58,581 bases of DNA from Paraphysomonas bandaiensis (GCA_965644295.1 CBFFRP010000237.1:1-58581); one strand, 5' to 3'. Counted from the first letter of the stretch, positions 12,899 to 26,749 are shown. Translations and numbers: made by a program. The notes: a model not told the origin generated them from the letters alone.

Positions 12899-15093
12899 AT
12901 GGGCACCCAGGAGTCAAAAGTAGTAGATATCACGAGTGTCTGGGATCACTCTGCCCATGAGCAGGAGACTGCCCCTGGTCGCAAGGACAGTGAGTGCAGT
13001 GGAACCTTTCAAAACGATGTGGTGGAATTCGCTCGAAAGTATGCGCAGCTGCAAGACATGACAGGGGCTTCGCTGTCACGTGTGCTAGTGATATACAGCG
13101 GTGGTACCATAGGAATGAAAAAGGACCCGATTAGTGGGTATGTACCGGCACAGGGCTTTCTGACAGAGTTCCTCGCCACTGATCGGCGGTTTCATGACGA
13201 GGTATATTTGGAGTCCCTGAGATCTCATTCTGACACGATGTTTGGTATAAACACTATGCATCCTGAACTTGGAGAAATTCTTACTATGCCCATGTCGATG
13301 TACGGGAAGCGGGTAGCTTATCAAGTCTATGAATTTGAGCCTTTAAAAGATTCTTGTAATATGACAAGTGAGGATTGGATTCAGATCGCTAGTTGTATTG
13401 AGGACCATTACCATAACTACGATGCGTTCATTGTACTGCATGGAACTGATACGATGGCGTACTCCGCATCTGCTCTGTCTTTTCTTCTCGAAAATTTGGG
13501 CAAGACCGTTATATTCACTGGATCCCAGGTGCCTTTTAGCGAGCTTAGAAATGATGCTTATGAGAATCTGTTGGGCGCACTGACCCTTGCTGGACATTAT
13601 GTCATTCCGGAAGTGTCACTTTTTTTTGACAATAATCTTCTTCGTGGTAATCGCACGACGAAAGTAAATGCTGTAGACTTTCATGCATTTGACAGTCCGA
13701 ATCTGAAGCCCCTTGCTCACCTGGGCGTGAATATTAATATTGAGTGGACAGAGGTCCTCCGTCCCAACACCATCGCACCTTTTCGAGCGTGCAAGAACCT
13801 CACGGCATGCGTCGGATGTATGCGCTTGTTCCCGGGCATGCCCGCTTCTTCTATCCGAGCCTTTACAGCTCCGCCTATGCAAGGAGTTGTACTTGAGACA
13901 TTCGGGACAGGTAATGCACCCGACGACAGGCCAGATCTCCTGGATGCACTGGCTGATGCTGTGAAGCGCGGAGTGGTAATTGTGAACGTCACGCAGTGCG
14001 CTAAAGGTGCGGCAGCACAGTTATACTCCACAGGGCATGCCATCACCTCCATAGGGGTGGTAGCTGGGCGTGATATGACAACAGAGTGTGCATTGACCAA
14101 ACTCAATTACCTACTAAGTAATAAAAATTATACCATTGAAAAGGTCAAAAGGCTAATTGTAGAGCCGTTGAGAGGGGAGTTAACAGTTCCTGCTGTACAT
14201 ACAACAGGAGTGGAACGTAAGTACGACAGCTTACTCGCATCGATACTTAGCACGACGATTCGATCTTGTCAAGACGCAGTGCGGGATATGGTGGCCCGTA
14301 TGTTACGCCCACTTTTGTTACACGAAGCAGCAGCGCAGGGAGATGTACAAGCTCTTCAGGAACTGATATGTCCCGAGTTACACGTGGATGCAGTGGACTA
14401 CGAGGATAAGACATGTTTGTTTGCCGCAGTAGCGAGGAATAATATGCAAGCCGTTAGGTGGCTAATAGAGCAAGGAGCTAATGTGCATACCCGTGATAAA
14501 TATGGAAACTCTGCTGTAAGTTACTCAAGATGAAACTTATTGGTGTAGTTGAATCTAATATAATTATCGTATATATATATTCTATTTCATATTAATGACT
14601 ACCTTGTGTTCGTGATGTGCGAATCATGTATCTAATTTATGAGCAGATGGTGTATGCCGTTCGCAGTGTACTATCCATCCCTGCCGAAGAGGTGGCGGAC
14701 AAGATACAAATAATACGGTTAATGGGCGCAGCTGGTGCCCATCTTAAAGGCGCGGTTTTGTCCAATGAGATAATGACTTTTGTCGAGCATGGAAATATGG
14801 AGATGCTAAGCATGATATATGAGTTCGGAGGATCGATTTTGTCGACTGATCGCAGCGGCAGAAATATTACTCATATTGCAGTGGCGCATGACAGAATAGA
14901 AGTACTTAAGTGGGTGATGTCGAAGTCTGACCTTGGTGTGTTGGTTGATATGAAAGATTTGTTCGGCAGAACTGCTTTGGATGAGGCCAGAGGGATGGGT
15001 TGCAGAAAGATTGCAGTGGAGATACTTGAGGCAGGAGCAATGTGCAACCACGATACTGAACTAGACACACAGCGCTCTGAATGTGATATTTAA
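12899..15093 (+). CDS. ASPG: Type I (cytosolic-class) L-asparaginase with C-terminal ankyrin repeats (ASPG/60-kDa lysophospholipase-like), 2 exons, 687 aa
   Basis: Exons 12899-14515 and 14647-15093 (GTAAG...GCAG intron). Catalytic motifs IYSGGTIGM, DSCNM, HGTDTM, TGSQ, RGNRTTK, ETFGTGN, DMTTECALTKL. Ankyrin repeats DYEDKTCLFAA, DRSGRNITHIA, DLFGRTALDEA. Confidence 0.95.
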
Positions 15094-16289
15094 TCAGTGT
15101 TACTGAAAGAGTAAATCGTATAGATAGAGTAATACTTGTGATTGACTGGAGGATTATGTTTCCCGGCTGACATTGTTTCGACCACTCCTATGTAGTACAT
15201 GTAAAGTACTTGTTACGTACTTTTATACTGGAATTGTGCATTGTATTGGGAACTGTAGTTCCAGTTATGTGGGAGATGTAACTATTCGAGGAAAGATTAG
15301 GGAGTACCATTAACGGAGGCAATTATGTTCGAGAGCATAGGCAGTGAAATTTTGTCCAACGTTTCTGCAATAGCATATTTATCGTGGGCGTAAAATGTAA
15401 CCATGGAATCGGGGTAGAAGTAGTGATGCGTGCGTAATTTTATAATCATTAAGTAAAAGTTTAGTTCAAGGTAATGAAAACCAGGGCTGTGTACCAATTA
15501 ATTGATGCAGATATAATAACAATTATTACTTGCTGTTTTCTGTCCCTATTAATAATACCAAACTACGTACTCAAGTAGCTATATATTAGCTGCCAACATA
15601 GCTTGCTCAACTGTAACTCTCTATTTCACTTGGAATTAGACTTAATACGTCAGAACCAAACCAGAATGATTGCAAGTGGTCAGATAGAAGCAAATAGCGG
15701 TCAATCATGGCAAATGTGGAGCCCCACTTGATATCTTGTTTGATTTCTGCGTTTAAGATTAGAAAAATATTCACCGTCGTCTTCTATCATCTGACCACTG
15801 TACGACGGACTCCTCATCGTTTGATCTGCTCCTGGAAAGGCAGGCAGTCCATTTCAGTGATGTTGTTTTTACGAATACACAGACTTTGACATGAAAACCC
15901 CTCTTTTTTCTTAATCGGTCTAGAAACATGGGGTATTCATGCCCTGGAAGTCAAAGCAGTCGCTCATTCAACAAGCAAGTCGTGAAGGGAGGTAAGCGAT
16001 CTCACTCACAGCGTATGAAGATCTCCATGTGTCTGTCTACGTATATTCATGGGGGTATGCCCACAGCACAGCTACACTGACCACTCCTCCTCCTCATAAC
16101 ACTGATAAGAGACCCATCGTACACTAATAATAGTATACAGATATGCTGCATATACATACACATACACTGTTATGTAGATATGAATGAATTGCTATGTTTG
16201 TTGTGATGCTCTCCGAGCCATCAATATGTTGTGTGGTGTGTGCACGTATCTTAGACAGTCGCAATGTGTAATCAATGGATATAAGAACG

Positions 16290-16420
16290 ACTAGGATTAA
16301 TACTATATTTGGCTAGGTTGAGTCATTTATGGCTTTGACTAGGTTTTTACACCGAAAATGGAATGACTAGGAAATTCCACCAAATTGACTAGGTTGAATA
16401 ATATATCCCTCATCTGAATT
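16290..16420 (+). repeat. Dispersed transposon-end-like repeat with (G)ACTAGG subrepeats; related copies at ~46940-46975 (+) and ~47430-47560 (-)
   Basis: gactaggttgaataatatatccc matches gacaaggttgaataatatttccc (46950) and the reverse complement at 47437-47460. ttggctaggttga is shared with 47527-47540. Confidence 0.5.
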
Positions 16421-17431
16421 GCTTGCGATGCACAAACACCATCTACCCCAACGAATTATCGGTATATCTCTTTAAGAAGGTCTGAAATCTTCATCTGTGA
16501 CTTTGTCATGTTGACAATTGCGTTGGAGAAGACCTCAATGACCTGCAACATTTTATGGGCTTTTTCATCAGTAATACTGTAAGTTTGTCGTGGCATATTA
16601 TCCTTATAATAATGACACTTCCACATACTATCTTTTATTATAATACTGTGGTAGAAGAAGGTGTTGTACTTAAGTACACTTTACACAACACTGATGATTG
16701 TTATGTCTGACAATCAGTATATGGCGCTCTGTGTTTTGTGGCATGAAACCCTCCTTTTCAAATAAGACAACTAAACAGCTAATACATGAATATAATATAA
16801 TAATATTTGTGTTGTAAAGTGTTCAGATAAACATATTGGTTTACGTGAAAGTACATAGGTTTGTGTGATTTAAAAATATATATCAAATAATATCATTGCT
16901 ATTACATACATATAGTTGTTTCATAATATATTAAAAAGTATCTTGTCACAAAGCAAACTTATCATGACGGCTGCGTTTGGATGAATGATATACATTGTCA
17001 GCACTATGACTGCTATAACTGCTAAATCACCAGCATATTATAGCTGCGTGACCGTTTTAACGTGCCGTCTCCATGCGTACACGCTCCAATTCCGAGCGAA
17101 ATATCAACATGATGTGCTGTGTATATTGTGTCTGTGTAATATATGTTAGCAGGAAACTTCCACCCCTGTGTAGGTGTAGGTAGAAGCTCGCAATAAAGAG
17201 AGCTTCTCCACTGTAGGGTGCAAAATTCTAGTAGGCGAAGAATTTGAGTTGACAAGATCTGAGAAAGATACTGTCGTCTTCTTCCCGCCCATATCATGAC
17301 TCCAACTGGTTCATGGGACAAGTTCGACATGAACTCAATCATAGTTTTGAAGGTAGAAGATCATAAATAATACGTATCCTATGCAACAACAGGAGACGAA
17401 AAAATCTTTGATACTGTGCCCTTTTATCTAT

Positions 17432-18576
17432 CCCTCAACATTCGGACTTACACATTGTTGTGGTGTTCTGGGAGAAAAGTACCGGAGATACTATCATGAG
17501 TCGCATATATATCAGGGATAGGGAACAATATATTGCAATACTATTGTTAGGTAGCGTTCCATCAATAGTATTGATGGATTTTTTAAACCGGCCCTACAAT
17601 ACTATTGCAATATATTGCAATATATTGTACAATATATTGCATCATATTAGTATGACTAATCAGTAAGTAAACACATCCGTAGTTTTCATTTTTAGTACTT
17701 GCCATATTTTATAAGGTCTAAGGTCACTTGATAATCAAACCCACTACTCTTAACTAATTAAAAGTTTCCTCATACTCATCCTCTGAGCCATCATCGGTGA
17801 CATCATCATGACCATATTCATTCAATATTGATTGAAATATGCTTGCATTCAATATTGATTGAAATATGCTTGTTCGGGACACCTTCGACCGGACTCCAAA
17901 AACAGCGGTAAATGTCCCTACTTTTGTATGCACTCATCATTCAGTTGTCTCTTCTTATCACTATAGGATATATATACTATATTAAGAGAAGTACTGTACA
18001 TACATGTGGAGAGGTGTAGAGTGCTGTTTGAGCTGGCGATACATAAAAAATAGAAAATAACATAAAAAATAGGCTTTTTTTCTTATTTTCCGGATATTTG
18101 TATACAGAGGCGTATATTTTGCACCATACAGTTAAGGATCTTCTCTTATATGACTATCATAATATTGATTGCAATATATTGCAATAGTATTGTGAGCTCT
18201 ATTAACAGAAACACTATTGATGGAATATTTGACCAATCCACCAATCAATATATTTTACAATATATTGCAATATATTGTACAATATATTGCAATACAATAT
18301 ATTGTTCCCTATCCCTGATATATATAGTCAGCAGATATTGTTCTGTCTACTCATAGCCAAATGATATTGTATATTGTGTGTGGTTCAAGAAGGGGCACAA
18401 ATAAGTGTCACTTGATAATATGCATCTTTGGGCCTTGACAAGTAAACAGTAAACAGGCATCCGGGAATGGGCCCATCTCAAGGGCTACCTGCTGCTGAAG
18501 TCAAGCATCCAAGATATTCACGTTATGAACAGAGAGCGGAAGTGGTCGCACCTTGGTGCTTGCGGCGAACATAAAA
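17432..18576 (+). mobile_element. SINE-like element copy A, interrupted by the hAT MITE
   Basis: Begins CCCTCAAC. Resumes after the MITE with agtcagcagata...gggccca.ctcaaggg...gagcggaagtggtcgcaccttggtgcttgcggcga. Confidence 0.8.
17513..18317 (+). mobile_element. Non-autonomous hAT-type MITE, 805 bp, copy 1
   Basis: TIR CAGGGATAGGGAACAATATATTG. 8-bp TSD ATATATAT (17505-17512 / 18318-18325). Subterminal ATATTGCAAT repeats. Confidence 0.95.
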
Positions 18577-19090
18577 GCAATTATAGTGGATGCGCAAGAT
18601 ATCAAAATATGACAACATTATATTAAGAGAAGCATTAACTTATAACAACAGAAGAAGGTAAGCAAACTTATACTCAATGTTGATAATTATAAATTATTCT
18701 CAAAATTTCTTATCATTCACCAAATTCGTGTAGTTTCTACTACCACTCATTTCTCGTAGGATCTTACTTCGTCACTATAACTTGCATCATCACTGTATTC
18801 CGTTTCACTACTATATATACCTATCGTCATTCATTCTCGTAGTACGATTAATAAGAGTACAACTGTAGAATACTACTGTAATTTAAATTCCTTATAACTA
18901 CAGCTTGCAATTACTACTGTCATATCGCAGAACGCAACAGAATATAAACGGAAATGTTATAATAAAAGCTAAAGGCATGTGCATGAAATAGAATACACCT
19001 ATAGTAATACCACAAACCGTTTCTTTCCGAGCACATATTAAGTCGATATGAGATAGTCAAATGTTTTGCGAAACCACGCTCAGTCCTCTG

Positions 19091-19830
19091 TCACATTCCG
19101 TCGATGGAGGTGTCGGACAACTGAAATGGTGGATTGTTGAACCTGGAAAAGGCCAACTGCGCTTCGTTGAAAGGTGTAACAATCGCCTCATATACCTTTC
19201 GATGCGGCTCTATTTCAACATCATAGGGAGTGGCGCCATATTCGGCTTCAATAATCTCAGATGTAGCTTCCTTAATCAAATGCTGGATATAATACCATGG
19301 CTCTTTGGGAGTCTTTTATTGTACTCCGTTCTGAGTTTGTAATTGTTCCACACTTGCCGAAATCTGCGCAAAACGGAATTGATTCGATCCATAAAAAGAG
19401 AATGAATAACAAACTTTGTCCTCATGGTACTGAAATGTAGAAAATGTAACCCGAGCATTGAAAAAATAAGAAAAATGTTAAGAACTTCCTTTCTTATATC
19501 AAAATATTTCGATTTGTTTGACTTCCCCGCGATGATGCTTCCACGATTGAGACCACGATTTAGAATCATATATTCTGCCACTTTAACATTCTCTGTCCTT
19601 TTATCTGTGCGCACTTGAGAGGGCAGTGTGTATACCTCATCTGCATCATAAAATAACTTTCACACAGTTGAACTATCGTACTTAGGCTTCTATAAACACA
19701 CATACGCTTGAGAACCCATCTATACCAGCCTCGACCACTATTCCAAAGTCAATCAACTTGTGATTTCCATCGACATGCTATAGATGATGTAGTCCCTTGT
19801 CGTTGAATACAACTCGGTGAGTAGCTGAGA
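19091..19830 (-). pseudogene. Degenerate integrase-core DDE transposase (IS3EU/IS481-like)
   Basis: [64 protein letters not shown] and [24 protein letters not shown] match the eukaryotic WHxDGNHKL..GIDGFSR..PSRVRxD family pattern. Several stops. Confidence 0.8.
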
Positions 19831-20183
19831 CTTGACGACATACCACAGTAACTGAATTCACTCGGTGTATACTCTGACGAATGTGATATGTGGAGACGCA
19901 ATTGGTGTGGTTATAGCACCATCTTTACGTGGGTGATTTGCTTACCAGTGCACACTGCAGGGCATAGCAGAGTACATATTATATATTCATTTTGTCGTTC
20001 ATGTTATGTGTTGTATTCTAGTGCTCGTTATCGCCATATTATCTTCGTGGTGTCTAAAAGTGTCCCTAACAACAGCAGTTAACACACTATCAGTATTAAG
20101 CAATTTGAGCTATTTTACAATTCAATTGAATTACTAACATCGTGATGGAAGTCTTATGCTTCGTAGTGCAAGGTCAGCAGAAA

Positions 20184-20462
20184 CGAAATATTCTAAATTC
20201 TTCAATGAGAGACTATTTGAGGCGCTGCCGAACTATGACCAGACTCATCAATGACATTGAGGGGTTGCGTGAAGTGGCTCTTGATATCGATGAGACTGGA
20301 GTGGCAAGGAAACGTACCGGACTAGCCAAAGATATTCTCAAACTGAAACTTCCGATGGCAGTACAAACCAGGAGCAACGAACAAGAAGTGTACGACTATG
20401 CCTACACTCATAAGTTGCTACACAATCTTTACGATGTCTACCTAAACGACCGGCTACAATAA
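20184..20462 (+). other. Short ORF with protein-like composition, possibly a fragment of a gene or transposon accessory ORF
   Basis: MRDYLRRC...YLNDRLQ. No recognisable motif. Divergent from the IS3EU-like relic. Confidence 0.25.
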
Positions 20463-21330
20463 ATATAAATATCATACCAAACAACATAAAAACAAGAAGG
20501 TAAAATAGCAGTAAGCTTCAATCAATATGAAGGAAGTAACAATAATACACCACTTCAAACATAATAACGCTGCACAATACATACATCTTACACTCTCAGC
20601 GTAAACACAATGCTCTTCACTGTAGTTATACACTCATGCCTCAGGATCATACGGACTATACATCAGAGGCTCCTCTTGTATATTGCTGGATATATATTGC
20701 CATCAATAATACACAGCACACTGTATCGTATTATACTTACTTCACTGTGACCTTAAAAGACAGGATGAATGGTATATGGTTATATAACAGCTGTATGGTT
20801 CATCCCTGCTACATGTATACTATACGCACAATCCAAGTAGAAATATTCCGATATCTGGATATGTATTGTATATACATACTGTACATCTACGTATGATGTA
20901 TGCTCGTAAACGATCCACAGTGGTTTAAAAGGCCACACAGCCCTGTATTGTAACGGCTAAATACAGTACTATGTGGGAACCCACCTCGAAAAAGCCTCTA
21001 TTTTCAGAAGATCCTCAGGATCTTTGTTCAAAAAAATTGGCTCTTTTGAGGCTTCACAGTTCCAGTCACAGAAAATGAGAATAACTCACTCCTTCATTAC
21101 ATAAACTAACACAAAAAGTCTGTGCATAAACTGATACAAGAGAGCATTGCAGACGAGCAAGTTGTAGTAGATAGGAAAGAGTACCACGTGATGAACATAG
21201 TCGGTGTGATTCCAATTCCTGAAAGTTTTTGTTGTCGAACTTCTCTCTATTTATTGCTATAGTGGTGTCTGTATTTATAAATTGTTCTCATTACCACAAC
21301 TAAATACCACTGGCTGTTTGCACAACAAAT

Positions 21331-24300
21331 ATGCCCATTCATGTAACGCAGACCCCCGTGAAAAAGTTAATATTTCCAGGCGAGAAAGTATATCAAAACA
21401 AGGATGAAGAGGCCGGCGACATCCAGGCCATTCGCATGTATCGGTCTCTTACGGAAGTTGATCAAACATTATTTCCTCCTACTATAGTTGGTACCGATGT
21501 TTTTCTAATCGAAGATTCGATACGCTCTAAATTGACTGAACACAGAAAAAGAGAAACCACCTATGATCCTTCAGAAGGGAATATTGAGAAACTACCTCAT
21601 ATTCCACAACACGCCGTGCGTAAGATAAATAAGGCTAGCACTTATTTCTGTAACTGGATTTTATTTAACATTTCTCAAAGGAGTTTAAAAATTTGTTGAA
21701 GCAAAGTCGAATTGATGTCAACAAGATTCAACATGGATGTTCGATAGATAAAGAGCTCACCGATGACGACTTTGTGCAGTGGGCGGTATGAATATTCCTG
21801 CACCTAATCATTTATTTATTTGTGTCCAATGGGACTCTTTGTTGTAGATCAATGACGCGAAACTTCTCGATGATGCAGCGAAGACGAATTTGTATGAAAA
21901 AGAGTCTGATATGATTTCAGCCGAAATCGACCTCTGCGGACAGTAAGTAGTGGTTTCTGTTGCTGTGTTTCTCTGCTGGTGACTAGCGAATGCAATCATA
22001 AGTCTCTGTTATTTTCTATTAGTTTAAATGATACAAATCGGTCACCTGGCACTAGAATATCTGATATACCATATATTAATTGCATTTATGGGTTTTGGCG
22101 CAGACCCCTACGTGACGTTAAGCAGGACGCTGAAATTGGTCAGAGCACTAAGGGTCGCGAGAGTATTAATCGGTACTGTGTATATGACTTCATCAACGTA
22201 GATGTCGTTTTATTTTATTATTTTTGATGTGTACGTCGATTACTTTGAGGTTAACCCCTCACGATTTTGTCAGTGTATGCATTCTTTGTATATACATTTT
22301 ACTCAGTATGTTGTGTTTGACATCTTTATTGCCAGCGCGCCTCTGCAGCACCGCCTTGAGGAGTTGGAATCTCTCTTGAAGAAGCGTTTAGTCATGCGCC
22401 AGCGATTTGAGGCGGTTCACTACACACATGGAGAAAACAGACCGTGTGGTCGAGTGTCGATAATATCGCGGCCTCCCGTAGTCCAACCTCCGAAACACCG
22501 ACATAGTAATAAATACCATTCCAATACTCGTAGCATTGTACCGAGTCCTGTATCCAAGTTAAACTTATTGGGCACTAAGGATGACCGCAGCGACATTTCT
22601 GAACGGCTGGAGGACACTAAAAGACTGACGTTTATTTCCCAGAGTAGTGTATCGTCGAAGAAAATGAGCGCAGATAAGTGTGGAACGTGCCGTGTTACCG
22701 AAAATGGAGAGTCGAAGCCGGATAAGCACAGAAGTCAAAGTGTAGCGACTTCTCTCAGGGCGGACTCTTTGGTTGATAATGGCTCAAGGTCCACCGTGTT
22801 TGTGTCCAGGGCTGAAACTGACAATCTAAAGGCAAAGCTGGCGGGTACGTTGATATATAGCATGTAGTACGCAAGAATCTCAATTCTTTCTAATGCAATG
22901 CTCTCTAGCCCATAAAATGCGACATAAGAGTACAACTGATAAAGAAGTATCATCAACGATTGCAGGCAGTGACCAGCACTTAGGAGTTGATATATTTCCA
23001 GAGACTAGTCGCACAAGCAGCATCAGCGAATATGACTCCCTGTCTTCTGTTCGCACACTCGAATCTCCCCTGAAACCGAAACCTCCTTCTCTAAAAATGT
23101 CTATGAGGCAGCGCTCTAGCCCAAGAAAGCAGATATCAACATGTAATTCACATCTGTTAGCACGTTGTCTAATGTTAAAAGAAATTTGGGATAGTATGCA
23201 AACCACAAATATAACTCCGATTTTTTTTGGTGGGTGTAGGTTCTACCTCACTGTCTGGTACGTTGAACACCTACAAACGCGAAAAATCATCACCTGAATC
23301 ATCTGAGCTGTCAGAAAGTCCCACTCCTGTTCATGTATGTGTGTCATTGTACGTCATTTGTTAGTCCTTATGTACGTTCTATCAGAGGCGATCATCTGCA
23401 ACGAAGTTAAGAATGGTGGCTTCAACTATGCAACAGTTTGTTCCAGAAGCTGAAAATTCGACCACTGTTGATTTTGGTGATTTGAAACAGGACAGTGAAG
23501 AATTAGTATGCCATATTCGAAACATGTCTTTCAAACGGACAACCAAAAAGGCATTGAATAGAACAATTTCAGTAGTACCTAAATCCACTGCGCAATACAC
23601 TTCCAGCAAAATGAGTATTGTTAATAAGTATGTGTTTTCTTTCGTGTGACATTCTTACGTCCATTGTATAGAGTTGTAGTGCACCCACCTTCTGAAGGAG
23701 CGCCCGTCAATGGGTCAGGGCAAGAGACAGTAAATCAGGTAAATCATGATACAACACAGCACAATCAGAGGCGGATGATGGGTCGAGCTGGAAAAGCTAC
23801 GGCGTACGATGGACCGGTAAATGTAGAAGAAGCGATGACTACAGTGGGCATGTCTGAGAGCGAAATAAGAGAAAAGAAACGAGTAGATGATGCTGCTAAG
23901 CGAAGACTGGGTGTTCCTCGCACAGAGATTTTAGAGGAGAATTTTCGAGATAACACGGATTCCCTCGTGAAGGTCCATGTGACAGAGATTTTTATTGAAT
24001 TCACGCTGTTGTTTTGTACAGATCATTGCAGATGGTGTAGAGAAACGAAAAAAAATGACTCGAATTAAATGTGGATTCAAGAGTCTCCAGGTTGGCGATC
24101 ATATACATTTTTACAACCGAATAAAATGATGGGTGATGGGGTGATAGGTTAAACGCAGCCAAAAAGCTTGTTTGGTTGGCCAAAAAAGGTTATTAGTGAA
24201 GCAGCTGAATGATAGTCATAGACGTATTGATATGGCAATGGAAGACAAATTATATCGCTCAGATGCCAAAACCCTTGCTGACCGTGAAAGCAGTTTATCA

Positions 24301-25742
24301 GATTTTAAACATATGACAAGTTCCTATGCTTTTCCAACTGACGAGAGTATTGTGAATCAAAATGGTGTGCTTGATAGCACAAAGGAACTGATGGCTGTTG
24401 CACTGGATCGGTGTAGCCAAAGTATATATGAGCCATCTTACATGGCGCATGTCAATCCTATCTCTTCAAATAAAGTAGCTCCGCTCTCTCCGAGAGAAGT
24501 AAACATGCATTTTGCATCGATAAAAAGAAGAATGACTGAGGTCAAGGTGTGGTTATTCTTTCACTGGCGTTTATATCTGCTTGTAGGCTCACAGAAGAAG
24601 AGAAATTTATATGATATTAAAGAATAGGTATTTCACATACAGTGTGATATGTATTTCTCAGCTTCCTTGGGTAGGTGGTTTGTAAATATTGTATCGAAGT
24701 TACGAGTACACGACCAAAAGTAGGAAATATTTTCTTCGGCGTTAAACTATTTTATGACACATTTTTTTCAGGTCGGAGCATATACCTACGTGTTTGTATG
24801 CATTTATTGGTGCTATATGGCGGGTATTCATTTTGGGAGGTAGCCTTACGAAAGTCGGGTTTTACACAATATTAGGTTTAATAAAAACAGCTCAATGTAA
24901 TATATTGATATCGGATTTGTAGAAGCACTGGTACCGCCTGATACTCATGATAATAAAGTTGCACACAGTTGCATATCATCGATTCGGAAGCACTTGGGAA
25001 TATCTCCTCCTGAATTTATAAATTACTTGAGATCTAAAAATTTACAGGTATGATTCGAAATATATAGGAAACGAATTTGAAGCCTCATAATGTTTCATTG
25101 TAGCCCTCTACGCTACTTCTGGCACAAGAGAGAAACTACCATAAAAAAGGAGAACGCAAGAAGAAAATACTTGCGATGCAGGTAAAATATACTGTAAGCT
25201 TGTATATTCCTGATTGTTCTAAGTGTATTTACTCCATTTGAATAGAAAGTCGCCCACCGGGGCAGGAAAATGTCCATGGCTCATGTCAGAATGTCAGTAA
25301 GGAATAGTATTGTAGCGGATTTGGTAAAGGAGACACATTCTGGGTCGAGTTCGCCGAAATCTCTAGAGAACCTTAAAAATTTATCACGTAAATTTTCTAG
25401 TAGTGCTGGTATGTGAAAGAAGAGAGTTCTCGCGCCAAAACCCATGTTTACATGTTTACAGAGAGTTCAGCCTGGGATAGTTCCAGTGAGGATGGAACAC
25501 CCGAAACCAGTCCAACGACTGTCAATAACATGGCCTATCGGAGTAAGAAATCTAAAATACTTATTTTCAGGCTTAAGTTGTTGTTGCGATGCTCTACAGA
25601 TGCTTTCGTTCGTGCTGCCTCCAATGGTGTACTGAGTCAGAAAGCGCTTCTTTCAAAAGGTGCAAAGTTTGATGTGATTGAAGAAGATGATGACAGTAGT
25701 GATCCCGATATTTTCGATAATGATGACGAAACGTCACTGTGA
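21331..25742 (+). CDS. Large multi-exon gene of unknown function (exon structure only partly resolved; could be two genes)
   Basis: Chain of + strand coding blocks (MPIHVTQTP..., EFKNLLKQSR..., LQHRLEELESLLKKR..., MAMEDKLYRS..., acidic end EEDDDSSDPDIFDNDDETSL*) separated by short AT-rich GT..AG segments. Confidence 0.6.
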
Positions 25743-26152
25743 TTTGCTGTGCTGATATCACCAAGGTCACATGTGTTCATATCGTACCTTTTCTATGTGC
25801 ATATGCTCTATTATGATGTGCTGATTATTTATTAATACTTGCCGTTTTGAAGAGTATCATATTGCAATGAAGCAGGGCTGCGTATCGATTAATTTCAATT
25901 GTTGATAATTGGACAGCAAATAATTGTAATTATAATTGATCACCACGATGTCTTCAATTAAAATATTAAAATGCCGTCAATTTGATACTGGCAAGTTATA
26001 ATTGGGGTGCGTATATTAGTTATTATGCGTTGTTGGAATTGGATATTTCACTGAAGTTAACTGTGCTCTACACATAAATCTTAATCATGCATTGTTAAAT
26101 ACAATGCACTTTCAAGTAAGAAATTATAGTTATTAATCTAAACACTTCACTG

Positions 26153-26345
26153 TATATTCATGTAACATCTGGTGCAACATTTGTTTATCATACAATTCCC
26201 CAGTCACTCATATATCTTACATAGTTACACATCACACATCAGTAACTGAATTTAATTTCTTTGTAACAATAATCGCCCGCTACACCTATGAGTTGCCTTC
26301 GCCTATTGCACACCATTAACTCACTTCAATTGTACAATATATACA
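26153..26345 (+). repeat. Old dispersed repeat (second copy ~47040-47265)
   Basis: tattcatgtaaca.ctggtg and cctatt.cacacca.taact are shared in order. Confidence 0.55.
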
Positions 26346-26400
26346 GTATCGCATCATACTTCAGAACTCAACACGCATTATCATAAGCGGTACAAACTAC

Positions 26401-26570
26401 GTAGTAGTGAATGTCTGATTAATAGCAATAGGCGTGTATATTAAAATACAACCAACTCCTACGTGCGTACTTGAAGCTTGTTGAAGTCTATCGCTAGTAG
26501 ACATCCTGTAGATTTGCTAATATAAATCGTAGTGCTGTAGATTCTATATGTAATAAAGAATCTACAGGAC
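26401..26570 (-). repeat. Isolated 3' tail fragment of the LINE/SINE family
   Basis: tagtgaatgtctgatta.tagcaataggcgt matches 31572-31604. Ends in (CTA)n on the minus strand. Confidence 0.6.
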
Positions 26571-26749
26571 TACGAGGTACTATTATAGGAGTAGCTATTA
26601 AAAGTATACAAAGAAACTGAACATATATTAGCTGTTAAAGATACGATTTGTAGAATAGAATACTGGTGTTGGTGATTGATGTGTCTCCACTACAACAGTG
26701 CTACAACATCACAATTTCACTATATCTCTCTTAACATAATTCAGTCAAT

